DNA from: Monocercomonoides exilis PA203
Taxonomy: Eukaryota > Protista > Preaxostyla
Direction of reading: 5' to 3'
Length of the DNA stretch: 64,000 bases
Assembly: GCA_001643675.2 (NCBI GenBank)
Contig: LSRY02000028.1
Span: forward strand, 1,054,001 to 1,118,000
The translations under genes were made by a program, and so were the position numbers. Each line of letters starts with the position of its first letter. Position 1 is the first letter of the stretch. This document shows positions 13,701 through 27,152 of the stretch, one piece after another. The notes under the pieces were generated by a model. It did no database searches and had not been told where the DNA came from. It worked only from the letters and a program-made list of their open reading frames with translations.

Positions 13701-16700
13701 TGCAAACATCTCCTGGAATGATGATAGAAGATTCTCAGGTGCGCAAAACTCCAACACGCCTGGTTTTGAATGTGCCTGATTCATCAGTCTTCTCCATGTT
13801 CTGTCAACACCCTGGAATCTTTTGTATTCAACAGGAAGTTGACGCTGGATATCTTCTGATGAAAAGATGGGCTCTAAGTATATCCATCTCTTCTGACATT
13901 TCAACCACTCTTCAATGATAAGTGAAACACGTTGCAGAAGATTCAGCCACTTCTCAATTGCATCTTTATGTGGTTCTTTGAATGGTGAGAAAGACATGGC
14001 TTGTGTTCTCAGAAGATGCATATCCAACCTCTCTTGAATCTCAGCAGCGCCATACATAACGTATGTCTTTGTGGCTTTGTATTCTTTGATCTCAAAGATA
14101 ATTGTCTCCCATTCTTTCTTCATCTCCATCAGTGCCTCTTCCAGACCATACTCTTTAGCTGCAACATCTGCAATCTTCAGTACCACGTCCTCTTTGCCCT
14201 GAAGATCCAGATTCAACATGTCATTCAGAGTTGTTCCTTTCTTTGGCCTGATGTCCATTCCTGTCTCATTCTGTATCTGCTTCCAATGTCTGTCTTTCAT
14301 GCCAGGATTCCTCAATGCCAGCACCAGTGGCATATGCGGTGCCAGTTCGTCCATCTGCTCTTTCACCAAATGTGCCACGCCAAGTGGTTCAGGTACTTCT
14401 CTGAAGATCTTTGTGCAACGCTGCATGGAAGAGATCGCCTTTGTAAGCTGGCTGTCCATTTGCACTGCATCCAATTCAGTAAACTCGGACTCCTTCCAGT
14501 CGACCTTCCAATGAGACCACGAGTTGGCTGTTGTCCAAAGCAAATAAAAGCCTTCAAACTTCTTTGAAGTGGATGATAATTCCTGATACTCTGTGATCTC
14601 TCTTCCCAAAAGTCCTTCGTTCATGTTAAACTCCTTTTGACGCTTCTTCATATCTTCAAGCTGCAAATTGATCTTCGTAACTTCATTGAATACCTCGTTC
14701 ACCTTCCCAAAGTCTGAATGGCGTGTCAGTCTGGACACCATAATTGTCACATCCTGCAGCTGCCTTGCAAACTTCTCTTGTGATGTGCTCAGCTGCTCCT
14801 CGAAGATCTTCTGGTATCTCTCCAGATTGGCGTCTGCATCCACACTCTCGCTCATAATCTGCTTCGCCCAGCCATATCCTGCCCAGTGCTTCTTGAACTC
14901 CTCGTCAGTGAACGTGTGTTCAAACTGCTCAAGTGTGTCGTATGTCTCCTTCATCGCATCTAGCTCTGGCTGAAGCGCATTCAACTCCTTCGGAATCGTC
15001 GCCAGAAACTCTCTTTTCTGCACAAGTTCTTCAGGATTGCGAGGCCTTTCGTTCATCTTCTGCTGAATGGCTTGGTACTTTTCAGACAGCTGAGACGCCT
15101 GCTGCATCACTCTGTGTCCCAGCGCCTGGATAAGAGACTTGGAAATCTCTTGGTATTTCTTCGTCAACATCTGCTTGATTTTCACACAGGACACAAGGAA
15201 TAGCCCCAAGTTCATCTCATTCGGAATAAGTGTGTCGACTTCTTTTGCTTTTTCCTGATATTCTCGAATGAGCTGGGCTATTTCATATGGAGATCTTCCA
15301 TCACCGCTCATTTCCTGTGCAAATGCTCTTGGCTCAATCATCAGAATGTCATGCAATGGTACAAATGTGTTCACATAATCTTGCAAAGGCTCAATTGATC
15401 TCCTCAGTGCGTTTCTCAGTCTCTCCACTCGAGCCTTCGCATATTCGTCTTCTGGATCAAGCACAACCAGATAGATGTTTGTTGGTAGCTGCTTTCTCCT
15501 CTCCTTTGCGCTCTTCTCAGCGTTGTTGCTTTGCCCAGCACTTTCATTGTTTTCTGCCTTTGATTTGTCCTCCAATTCATCCACTGCATCTCTTCCGTCT
15601 CCACCAGATGCGCCGGATGCAGCGTTGACTGCCGAAAGCACAGCAGAAACAGTCTTTTGGACAGACGAATCTTTCTTTACTTTAAACAGTTTGGGCATCA
15701 GCTGTGTCTCCAAATGGAGGAATTCCTGGCACGACTCGAGTGCTGTGTCAAACAAAGCAAGAGGAACATCGAGGAACTTGTTGAATGGGATGTGTGTGTG
15801 AATGGAGTCCTTCGGTGTCCATTCGATGTCGACTGAGAGAAGAGGAGTGGGAAGTGGAGGAGGTGCAATCATGTCCCTCAACAGCATCTCAGCTGTTACA
15901 GGCTCTCTCGGTTGCTCCTCTGGCACAGACGAATATGGAGATGAAGACGGGCTGACTGCTACAGATGAACGGTTTTCGTTCCATTCACCTTCGTTCATCT
16001 CAGTCATGCCTTCGTCTGCCTCGTTCCAGCGCTGCTCTTCCATCTGCTCGTCGATTCCAGCATCGTTTCCGTTTTGTGGATAAAACGCATCGCCTCTTTG
16101 CTGCTTCATCTGCTGCTTCTTCACAGCAAGTATCATCTTTGCTATTGATCGCTTCATTGGCTTGCGGCAGAACGTGACTGTCACATCATTCATATCTCTC
16201 ACCTCAACATATGCAGGTGTCAGTGCTTCGAAAAAGGCTGCGTATTCTTCCACACTCGCCTGCATCATCGAACGCAGTGCGTCTTGCATCATAAATGTTA
16301 CAGTGTTGAAGAACTTCTTCAGCTTGCTCACTTCATACACATCCTGGTTGTCCTCGTTCAGGTTGAACCATCCTTTGCCCACTGTCTGCAATGCGCTGGA
16401 GACACCCTGTTTCAGCGATTCCATCCAGCGGTCAGTCAGAAACGACACCATTGCAGAGCATGTTTGTGTCTGCATGCCAGACAGATCTTCGAGTCTGATT
16501 GTCTTCCCGCTCAAAACAGAAGTGCAGAACAGCCGCATATCTACAATCTTGTTGCACTCCGCACGGATGTGGTACAATGCAACAATCACCTGCGGCTTTG
16601 TGAGGAATGACTGTTTGATAAGTTCGTTCTTGGCATCCTGCATGTTGTGTGCAGGGCATGGCACAGTGCCTTGATCAGGTGGAGGCAGAGTCTCAGCGAG

Positions 16701-18913
16701 TGGAGGCAGCTCAATGCCTTCAAACATATAAGCATGTGCATCATCTCTCCTCATCTGATCGAAAACAAGGCGGTTCATTGATTTGCAGTGGTTCTGTGTT
16801 ACCTCTCTGAGGAACGGTGTGGTGTCCATGTGAGCGAGCTTCTGCCGTCTGAGAAGAGGCGGCTCGAAATGCTCTTCATCGTCATCGTCATCATCCTCGT
16901 TGTTGTCTCTGTCTCTCTCCAGCAGCCCACCTCCACCGAATGCGCCGTCAGCTCCTGCACCGAATGCCGCTCCTCCGGCAGCGCCTTCAACACCCGCAGC
17001 ACTTGCATCAGCCAGCCCTCCCAGTGAAATGCCTTCTCCGCCAAGCGTCTGCTTCTTGTGCAGCTGTGTAAAGTTCGATAGTGTTGCCATGTCCATAATG
17101 TTCTCCAGGCTCTTTTGCGACGGAAGTTCGATATCTTCTGTCGGCATCGAGTCCAAACAGAGCGAGTATTTCAGCTGCAGCGCTGCCTCCCTCCTGCGCT
17201 GGTGTGCCTGCAGCACTCGCATTGCAAAGCGCTCGGGGTCTTCAGATAGGAACATCACGTGGATGCGGGGCAGCACACTCCGCTGGTTGTCTCCCCATCG
17301 CACTTGGAAGTACTCATGTGTATACGATGGCTCCTTTGAGAACTTCTTGCGGCGCTGCTTCTGTTTGTTCTGCTGCTGCTGTTGCTGCTCGTACATCTCC
17401 GCCCGCATCCGCTTGATCTTGTCCATCAGCTCATACGGATCAGGTGGTGGCTTCTCAGGTGCCTGTGATAGAACAAGCGAGCCATCCTGGCTGACTTCGA
17501 TTCCTCGTGCTTTCGCCTCTCTTTCCAGCTGCTCCCGCTCTTTCTCCTTCATCCGCACAAGTCCAATCACTTCGCATGGCTCCCATTTGGCTGTCCCGTC
17601 TTTGTGAAACCTCGCAGCTCGCCCAGGAATTGGCACAGGTGCTTCAACATAAGTAGAGAACTTCATCTCTGGCTCATCATTCAGCTCAATAAGTTTCACT
17701 GCTGCTTTTCCCGCTTCTGCGTCAACCTCTCCGTCTTCTCTCTCCATCCCCATTCCTCCACCCATTCCGCTTCCTGACCCTCTCAAAATTGGCCGTCCTT
17801 CCTCGTCAAACTCAAATTCCTCGTCTGCCCCACCGGCAAACGCTTCTTCATCAAACTCCTCTTCGTCGAATTCGTCTTCTTCTTCATTCTCTCCTTCTTC
17901 CTCTTCTTCATCTCCCTCAGCCATAATCCGTGAAATGAACTCGTTTTCTTCGTCTTCGCTCAAATCTTCATCATCGATAGCTTCTTCCTCATCGTCTTCA
18001 TTGACATGGTGATGTGCTCTTCTCCTTCGTCGTCTTTCCTCTCTTTTCTTTTCTCTCATCCTCTCCCTTTTACTTTTCTTCTTTTTCAAGTCAATTTTCA
18101 TTCCTAGATTGATCCAATCAATTGGTTTGCGAACGTCCATATCTGTGTTGTCAAAAAGCTCCAAATTCAGGAAACTGCTCAAGTCACCTTGATCCGGTGC
18201 TTCGGAATAATCGATACCAACAAGTTTTAAAAGCTGTTCAATATCCAAGCTTGCATATCTTCGCTTAGCTCTTTCAACATAAATTTTTCTTGGCATTTTT
18301 CCTGGTCCTGGATTGTATTCTGCAAATACTTTAGGTTCAAGAACCTCGGGCGGATAAACAAGAGCAATTTCTTCAGCCAGAGGAAGAGCCGACTCAACCA
18401 CTGGCTTAGAAATTGCATCAATGTTTGGAAGAGCTCGAGTTACAACTGGAAGTTTTGACGCCGGTTGAGCAATCACTTCTGGTGTTGTTGCAGCAACTGA
18501 CGAAACAGGAAGACCAGTTGAAGAAATTCCAGGAACAAATTGTATTGCAGAACGGTGACCAGGATACTGGGATCGGGCCGTTGCATCTAGAGGTTGTCCA
18601 CCTCCACTTGTAACAAAATCTGAATAAAATCCTTTTTGTCTTGCGCGGATTTGTGGCTCAGAAGTCAAAGATGGACCCTATTTAAATAATAAATGATATT
18701 TTCACATATTTTTGCATTGACAATATTTCAAAAGAAACGTTTAATCGAGCTCATACCGTAACTTGCCTATTTGACTTTCCAGCAGTGGGAAAACCCACAT
18801 ATTCAATACGTCCCTTTCTCTTTTGATCAGACTGTTTTCAAAAAGGATTGACAAAATAATGCGATGACAAAAAATAAATGCATAAATAAAAAAATAGCTT
18901 CTCGTCAAACCAT
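4734..18913 (-). CDS. DNAH1: Axonemal inner-arm dynein heavy chain, DNAH1-like
   Basis: A 4644-codon ORF with four P-loops (GPAGTGKT, GPTGGGKS, GSTGTAKT, GVGGSGRQ), [23 protein letters not shown], a stalk coiled coil, AAA5/6 and C-terminal HWIKRSVALFCALDY. The N-terminal PGKMPRKIYVERAKRRYASLDIEQLL and LELFDNTDMDVRKPIDWINLG match the DNAH1 clade. Predicted 5' exons: ATG at 18913-18911, then 18831-18757, then one exon from 18677 to the stop. Confidence 0.95.
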
Positions 18914-19060
18914 GAAGTGTTTGAAGTTCAAAGGGAGAAAAAAGAAATTAACGTTTCTAGATCAAACCCATTTGTTACAACAAAAATGTTAAAAATTCAA
19001 CAAAAAGTGAAATACTTCATTGAAGTGAAATTATTAAAAATGCTTTTATTATAAATGTTT

Positions 19061-21266
19061 TCAACTAATTTTTCCACCAACAGCACTCCTCTGGGTTGAA
19101 ATGGCGCTATTTTGAAATTCTCCAACAACAGATGAAGAGATCAAAGGTGGCTGCTTCTTTGGTGCTTTTCCTGTTAATGTGACTTGCGGATCGTAATCTG
19201 GGCCACCATAGAACGACGCATTTGGATTAACTTTTGGGACAACAATTCGCAAAACTAAATAAAAATAATATTATTTATTTTCATTATAAGAATTTCATTG
19301 ATTGTGTCATACCACCAGTGGCTTCGCTTCTTGTGCCTTCTGCTTGATCAGAAAAGACTTCAAATGGGAACTTCAATTGAAGTGCTTTTCCTTTGATCAT
19401 AATCTGTTTGTGTGTTTGTAATAAAATATAAAATAATATGAAAAATTATTGACAGACAATAAATGAAGTAGAATATGAATAATGTTGATAAAAAGGCAAT
19501 TGAAATAATCAAATGAAACAAACCAGAATGTGATCAGGATGAACTTGTGTGTCAATAAGAGATGTGTCTAAAAATCTTCCCACTTTCACTTCGAGTGTGA
19601 TCGTTCCAGGCGGAGAATTCTCATAAAAGCGGAAGGGCTGAAGAAAAATATATATGAATGAAAAATGAATATTGTTAATATGACAATTTGAAAATAGAAA
19701 TATGAAAGAATTATGAAAGTGCGAAAAATAAAATCCATTAAAAATTAAGAAGTCAATAAATATAGCACACCCATCCGCCTTCATTTTTCTGAATGATCGT
19801 TCCATCTTCACGAACCAATCTCTGTCAAGTTCAATTCAAATATAAAAAGAGAGAGAGAAATTAAATGCAAATTTATTAAATAAAGAAAAGGAGAAAACAT
19901 ATAAATGTATAAGAAATGGATGAAGAAACCTTTCTTCTGTTTTCTTCCTCTTCCTCTTCCATTTTCTTCTTCAGCTTCTTTTTGCTTGTTTCTTCGTCTT
20001 CCTCTTCTCTCTTTCGCATCAGCTCATGATGAGCAGACAGTCTCACTTCGGGTGTGTACTTGAAACTAAAGAATGCATTCGGTTAAAAAAGAAGAGAGAA
20101 AGCCATTCAGAAGAGAATTGATTCATATAAGATATTTTTTATTATTGTTCAGTTTGAAATTCGATATCGTTTAAAATTGAACAAACATATCTCCTGCTTC
20201 CTCCAATTCAGGCATATCATCATCGTCTTCGTCTTCGTTGTCATCCTCTTTTTTTCCTTCCTTTCTCTCTGCTTTCTTTTCTTTCTTTTCTTTTCTTTGC
20301 TCTTTTTGTTCAATTTTCTCTTCCTCTTCCTCTTCAATATCTTTTTGCCATTTCGATTCTTTTAATTTCTTTTTCTCGTCACTTTGCTTTTTCTCCTCTT
20401 TTTCTTCTTTTTCTTCTTCAATATCATCTTTCTTACTGCCTTCTATTTCCTCTTCTTTTAAAATTTCTCTTTTGAGCTTCTCTCTCAGTTTTTCTTTTTC
20501 TTCTTTCTCTCTCCTTTCTTTCATCTCAAGTTCTCGTTGATCTTTAGCTCTTGCAGCATCAAATTTAGCTAATCCAATGGATTGCTGCTTTTCAATTTCT
20601 TCTCTTAACTGAGCCTTATCTTGTTGTGCTCTCAAACGTTCTGTGACAGATACTTCCTCTCCATCTAGTTCTCTCAATTGTGGAATAACACTAATCACAA
20701 ATGCACGATAATTTGTGTATTCAGTGCAAGGATTACCAGTAAGATATCTAAATTGTTATGTGGTTCTAAAAATAAATTAATTTATTCAACAGCAAATATT
20801 CAAACAATATTGAAAAGCGAGGATTCTGTGAAAGGCTTTCTACACTTGTCAGCTCCACAACAAAATTACATGTCAAATCAAGCTTTTGGAGTGATTCGCA
20901 TCGTTCAAGATTTTCCACTCTTGTTATAAGATTTAACGCTAAATTTAAATATTCAAGATTTTTAAGTTTATGTAAGTTTTCTACAAATAGTTTAAGTAAT
21001 CATTAAGTTTAAAATAATTATAAAAATTAATGTACCTATTTTTGGAATAAGATTATTTTGCATTAATAGAATTCTTAATTTTGGACATAAACTTCCTATA
21101 ACCTCTATTTTTTCTAAATCTTGTTGATGAAGTGCTATTTCCTCCTATAGTTTTTTGATAAAAAAGAAAATAAAAATATGCAAAACAATGATAAAACCAG
21201 TGTAGATAGTTGCCCTTCATTATGTTCACTACGTTTCCTCAAAAGGTCCTCTGTAATTCTGGGCAT
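19061..21266 (-). CDS. DNAAF11: Dynein axonemal assembly factor 11 (LRRC6/tilB), multi-exon
   Basis: The spliced product begins [23 protein letters not shown]|[14 protein letters not shown]...[11 protein letters not shown]|[40 protein letters not shown]...[32 protein letters not shown], followed by a coiled coil, YTPEVR and a C-terminal CS-like domain ([24 protein letters not shown]|[10 protein letters not shown]...RSEATG). These are diagnostic LRRC6 motifs. Confidence 0.92.
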
Positions 21267-21361
21267 TTAATTTATCAAATTTATTATATTCTTAATGATC
21301 TTTTCAAAAAAAATTAAATGTAACCATAATTTACAGCAAAAAAGAATTACCGGTTTTGAAA
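21267..21361. promoter_or_regulatory. Putative compact bidirectional promoter between DNAAF11 and copine
   Basis: The two divergent ATGs (21266 on minus, 21362 on plus) are separated by only 95 AT-rich bases. Confidence 0.55.
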
Positions 21362-24326
21362 ATGTCTGAACCCGTTGCTACAGGCTCATTGAGTCCTTCT
21401 TCTCCAACTCAAAATTCAAAAGATGATGCAGAATCAAATATGAGATTTGAGATTCATGTTAACTGCGAAGATTTACCGAGTGGTTTGAAATTTTTTATTT
21501 GATATGTATATTTTCAAATTTTTCTATTAGAATCAAACCCTGCTCATAATGCATTTAAAGTTATACTTCATGTGCCTGTTGGAGAAGGTTTTCATTTAAA
21601 TCTGGAATTGTTGACTTTAAGTTTCATTTTAATTTTTCAAAAGGAGATGATGAAGAATGGATACCCGTACGTCAATCAGAAACAATACAAGGAACCACTT
21701 CACCTCACTTCACAACCCAATTTTTTGTTGATTATTTGATGGGAAATTCGTATGATTATTCGTTTAAATGTTATTTCATTATTTTTTTTTTTTACAGGCA
21801 ACGTCTTTTATTTAATGTGTATCGAATAACAGATATAACTCACGAATCTGATCCAAAATCTCAAGAGTGGATCGGATCTATGATCATTGAGCTTATCGAC
21901 CTTATTAGATCACCTACAAGAAGAATCATTTCGCCTCTTGTAAGTCCTGATGACGAAGATATGACTTGCACAATGGAACTTGTTGCTGATGAAGTGAAGT
22001 CTTTCGGAATAAATGTAACTATTAGTTTAACATATACACTTTTAATTAAGCCAAAGGATTGCAATCGGATTTTCTTATCACTTATGAAAACGAGAGGTAA
22101 TAAATTTTTTTATAAAAAACATATAATATATTTCGTGTTGCTTCTGTGTTCTTGTTTGTTTGTTTTAATGATGATTAGATGACGGATCTCATACGATTAT
22201 TGCTTCTTCCGACTTGATTGATCCAAATTCAACTCACAGTTTTGGACCGATAGTGGTTTGTATCTTTTTGAATTTCCTTTTTTATTCATAAATCTACAAA
22301 ATTATGCAATTTTCAATAACACTTATATGCATTCATTGAATATAACTTATTGTTTCAATGTATTTTTTAGGCTCCATTTGGCCGTCTGTGCGAAGGAGAT
22401 TATGACAGACCGATACGATTGATGGTTACTTCAGTCTCATCTCGTGGAGAGAAAACAGATTTTGCATTCAATGATGTGACATTACGCCAACTGAATACCC
22501 TTCTTGCACAGAAGAAGAAGAAAATAGCTTCACTTGTTGAGCTGTATTCATATTCACCTGACATGGAGACTTCACAAAAGGCCCCGTCATCATCTTCTTC
22601 TTCTGCATCTGCCTCGTCTATGAGCAGCAAAGGAAGCGCTTCTGAGCAAGCAAAGATCCACATTGCAGAGGAAGAAGGCCGGATTCCAGTGACTTCAACT
22701 GCATCATCCTCAAACACCTCCTCTTCTTCAGGTGCTGCTCCGACAGTCATTCCGCGCAAAACAGGAATGAAAGTGGTGGGCAGGCTGCGTCTGGACGATG
22801 TCACCCAGAAGCAAAGATACTCATTCCTCGACTACATTCTTGCAGGCTGCGATATTCAGACGATGTTTGCCATCGACTTCACTGCTTCAAATGGTGATCC
22901 ATCCAAGCCGCACTCGCTGCACACGACGAACTGGGCAGAGAATGAGTACATCCAAGTCATCCGTGCCATGGAGATTGTCTCGAACTACGACTCTGATGAC
23001 ATCTACCCGGCCTTTGGCTTCGGTGCGTGGATACCTGGGAAGAACTGTGTGTCCCACTGCTTCCCTCTGAACTTCAACCCCTCTGATCCCTGTGTCCCTG
23101 GCATCGATGGGGTGGTGAAGGCGTATCAATATGCACTGGAGAATGTGAAGCTGCATGGTCCAACCATCTTCTCACAAGTGTTGGAGGTGGCTGCGAAGCT
23201 CTCTCCACACAACTGGCCAGGGGGACATTTTGACTACACAATTCTTTTGATTCTGACAGATGGCAATGTGACTGACCTGCAGACGACGGTGGACTGCCTT
23301 GTGGAGTTTTCAGAGCTGCCTCTGTCTGTCATCATTGTTGGAGTGGGCGATGAGGACTTCTCACAAATGCGCATTTTGGACTCGCAGATGATTCCGATTG
23401 TGTCTTCGAAGGGGCTTGCGATGAAGCGGGACACAGTGCACTTTCTTGCCTTCAACGACTACGCCAACCGTCCGATGGAAGAGCTGGCGCGTGTCATTCT
23501 CGAACGCATCCCGTCTCAAGTCGAAGCGTATTTCCAGTCGAGAGGGCTGACCCCTGCTGAGTCTATTCTCTATCAGGGACAGCACGCACAGGCATCGTCT
23601 CTGTTAGGCATTCCTTCAGCACAGCTTCCCCCTCAGCCTCAACTCCAGCCACAACCTCAGCTGCAGCCTCAGCCACAGGCACCAAAACGATCACCAACTG
23701 TTAGTGCGAGCAGTGGGAGTCAAGGAATTGTGAGTTCTAATCAATCTTCTGCTTCTAATGATTCGTCTTCAGCTTCGTCATCATCTTCTTCTTCTTCTTC
23801 TTCTTCTTCAACAGTTGATTCATCATCAGCATCTTCTTCTTCTGCTTCTGTTTCTGCTGCAGATGAATCTTCTTCAAATACTCCTCAAAATGAGACCAAA
23901 AAAGATGATGAAAAAGAAGGCACATCAGCTGAGCCTGAATCCCAACAAGATGCTTCGGCTGTTGATAATGCAGCTTTATCTCAACAGGCAGAAGCAGTTT
24001 CTGCTTCATCTTCTGATGCTTCTGATTCTTCTTTGCCGAAAGAGAGTGCAGAATCAATGCCTTCTTCTTCGTCGTCTTCTTCTTCTTCTCTTGCTGTTGA
24101 AGACAAATCAACCATTTCATCTGATTCAACTGACAACACAGCAAGTTCTTCTGACTCCAACAACTCTGAAATGAATGCCTCATCTGTAAATGAAATGAAG
24201 CCTGCAATTGAATCAGGCAGTGAAGTTTTAGAGCCATCAGTGGCAACAGGCGCTGAAAATGAGGGAAGTTCAGTGTCTGCCGCTTCAAATGCAAATGAAA
24301 CTCAAAACACTGATCATGTTGAATAA
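21362..24326 (+). CDS. Copine (divergent C2 domains plus vWA domain, Ser-rich tail)
   Basis: The last exon carries copine vWA motifs: SFLDYILAGC, AIDFTASNGDPSKPHSLH, YDSDDIYPAFGFGA, GPTIFSQV, YTILLILTDGNVTD, LPLSVIIVGVG, RDTVHF. Several short 5' exons encode C2-like sequence (FEIHVNCEDL, SETIQGTTSPHFTTQFFVDY, QRLLFNVY). Confidence 0.9.
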
Positions 24327-26212
24327 TGTTATACTGTAAAGACAATTAGCTGTCAGATACATAGTCTTTGATGGCTTTTCAAAAAAATAATTTTTTTTAA
24401 TTTTTTCCTTGTTTGTATTCTTTGTATTTGAATCAAATGTTTTTAAAATAAGTTATATTTTTTCTTTGGTATTATTAAACATTGATTTTATAATTTTATT
24501 TTTGAGCAATTCAATTCTTTTTATATTTTTATTTTTAATGAAAATAATTCAAATTTTAAATAAAGCCTGGAAGAAATCAAATTTTTCCTATTTTAATCTC
24601 ATAAAATATATTCTCATTTTGAATTAGCAAATATTTCATTATTATGAATTCACCAACATTCATGTTAATAAAAAGAGTTTCTTTTTAAACTCAAATTCAT
24701 TTATGAAATAACAGACAAGTTTTTCAAAAGATTCATTAAAAGAAATTAAATGAAAAAAAGTTTATATAAATGATTATATGGGGAAAAATACGATCTTTCA
24801 AGCTTTTTTTGCACAAGGCATTGAAAAACTGCTTTTCTCATAACTTTATTTCACTTTCTCAGATTTCAGAATAAATCTGATTTTCACATCTGCAAACAGG
24901 CATCAGTGAAATCATAACATGAAGTTTTGTGTCATTCCGCCTATGTCAAAAAATGGACCTATTTTAATTGTGTTTTTTGTACTCAGAAAATCAATGAAAA
25001 GTGCATAATTTATCAATGAAAATGCCTGAAGTGAAATATTTTTCCCCATATTTTTTGAACTTGAAAATAAAAAAAATTTTTATAATTTGTTTTTTGCACA
25101 CATTTGAGAAATTTTCTTGTATATATTTTTTTTCTCTGCATTGATAATTTGGTTTTTCTTTTTTAATTTTTGAAATGAATGAAATTATGGAAATTGGAAA
25201 TTTTTTTGATTGCAAAGAGCGTGGTATTTTTTTTTTTGATGAAAAAATTCGATTGAGGAATGAATTTTCAAGTGCAGTCAAAACCGGATATAATCACATC
25301 GATAATAATCAACATCGTTAATTGTCACATTTTTTGATGCACCGACATTTTTTCACTTGTTTTTCATTCATTTTCCATCGCATATAATCACAAGGCTGAA
25401 AATACAAAATCACATTTATTATTATTAATATGGGTGATTTTTTCAATGAAAAATTGATTTTTTGATCAAAAATCTCAATTTTTCTCTTTTTCAAAAATGT
25501 GCTCAAATAAGTCAAAATAATGTGTTTTTATGATCAAAATTAATTTTGTAAGTGAAAAATATGTTTTTGTGAAGAATTTTCAAAAATGGAAAAATTATCA
25601 CATAATTAATTACGACAGATAATTATTTATTTTTCTGTTTTAATTATCATCGTATATTGTCACAATCGGATGTTGTCACAAAAAGTTGTGCAAAAACAAA
25701 TGTGATTAATCTGATTTAGACTGTGAAAGAAATCACTGTTTTATCGGAAAAAGTTTTATAACAAAGTGCTCAACAATAATTGTAAAGATTAATGAAGAAA
25801 TGCCAACACTATTTTATGGAAAGTTGAACAAATTCCTGATTGAAATATAAAGAAAAGATCAGTTAAAATGTTGATATCACATTCAAGTGTTCATTTCACA
25901 GAATAAAAAACTCTCTTTATATTTTAATAATTTATGAAAGAATTGTCAAATGTGTTGTTCTTTTTGAAAAGTCTCAAACTTTTCATTTTTTGTTGATTTA
26001 TTATTTTAATAAATATTTTGATTATTGAAATTTTTAAAGATAATTTGCACCAGAACAAATCATTTTAATATAATGTTGCCACTACAAAAAGACTTTCATT
26101 TCGATAAAAAAATGAAAGTTAGAAAAATAAAATTTCGTATTCAAAATGATTAATTAAATAAGAGCAGACAATAAAACAACAGCCACAAAACTTCTGAAAT
26201 ACAAAAAAAAGG

Positions 26213-26661
26213 CTCTTTATCAAACATTTCTCTTTTCTTATTATGACAAAAAACACTAAATATCAAACAAAACACCGGATTAGATCGATTTCACTATAAC
26301 CGCAAAAGGAATAATTCTGACAATTTTCCTCAAAATATATCTCATCAATTCAAGCTCATTTGATATACAAAACTTTCAAAATAGCTTCATTTGTGCTCAG
26401 AAAAAATTAATGATTGATATCCCGGAGAAATAGGATTTTGAGTTTCTCCGAGATTTTGAAAAAATAATTTTTTCTGAGCACAAATGAAGCTATTTTGAAA
26501 GTTTTGTATATCAAATGAGCTTGAATTGATGAGATATATTTTGAGGAAAATTGTCAGAATTATTCCTTTTGCGGTTATAGTGAAATCGATCTAATCCGGT
26601 GTTTTGTTTGATATTTAGTGTTTTTTGTCATAATAAGAAAAGAGAAATGTTTAATAAAGAG
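26213..26661. repeat. Long near-perfect inverted repeat (foldback palindrome)
   Basis: Arms 26213-26409 and 26465-26661 (197 bp each) are reverse complements, with a single mismatch seen (26221/26653). The 55-bp spacer contains a further 12-bp stem (26419-26430/26443-26454, one mismatch). Confidence 0.95.
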
Positions 26662-27152
26662 GTTTTATAATAATAACCATAATTATTATTTTGTTCATGA
26701 TTTTAATAAAAATAATTATCGAAAGGAATGTCAGTCAACAAATATAAGTTAATTATAGTAATCCTGTTATTTGGTTCATAAAAATTAACATTTTAATTTT
26801 TTCTCTCAGAAAATAAAAATATGATTAACTTACATGCTTTTACATAAAATAAACTGATTACAATTGAACTTGAAAAAATAATCAGCAAAAAAACTGTTAT
26901 TCATTAGTTGCAAAGCAACACAGGAAAACATGAAAAAATAAATAACCAATAAACAATCTATGCAAATTAGGATAAAGCTTAACATAAACAAATTGTCAGT
27001 AAACTATGTACATAAAAAGCATGGAATGAAATATTCGAAATTATGAATTTCAGAAACATGAAATGAGAAGAAACAAAAGGTTAAAAAGGTTTGAAAAGAA
27101 AGAAAATACTACTCATAAATTAATATTAAATAAAAAAGAGCTCCAATGGAAC

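Noticed and set aside
24940-24963. CCTATGTC / AAAATGGACCTAT resembles the terminus of the 56.8/60.5-kb inverted repeats
   Set aside because: Only about 13 bp of imperfect match in AT-rich DNA.
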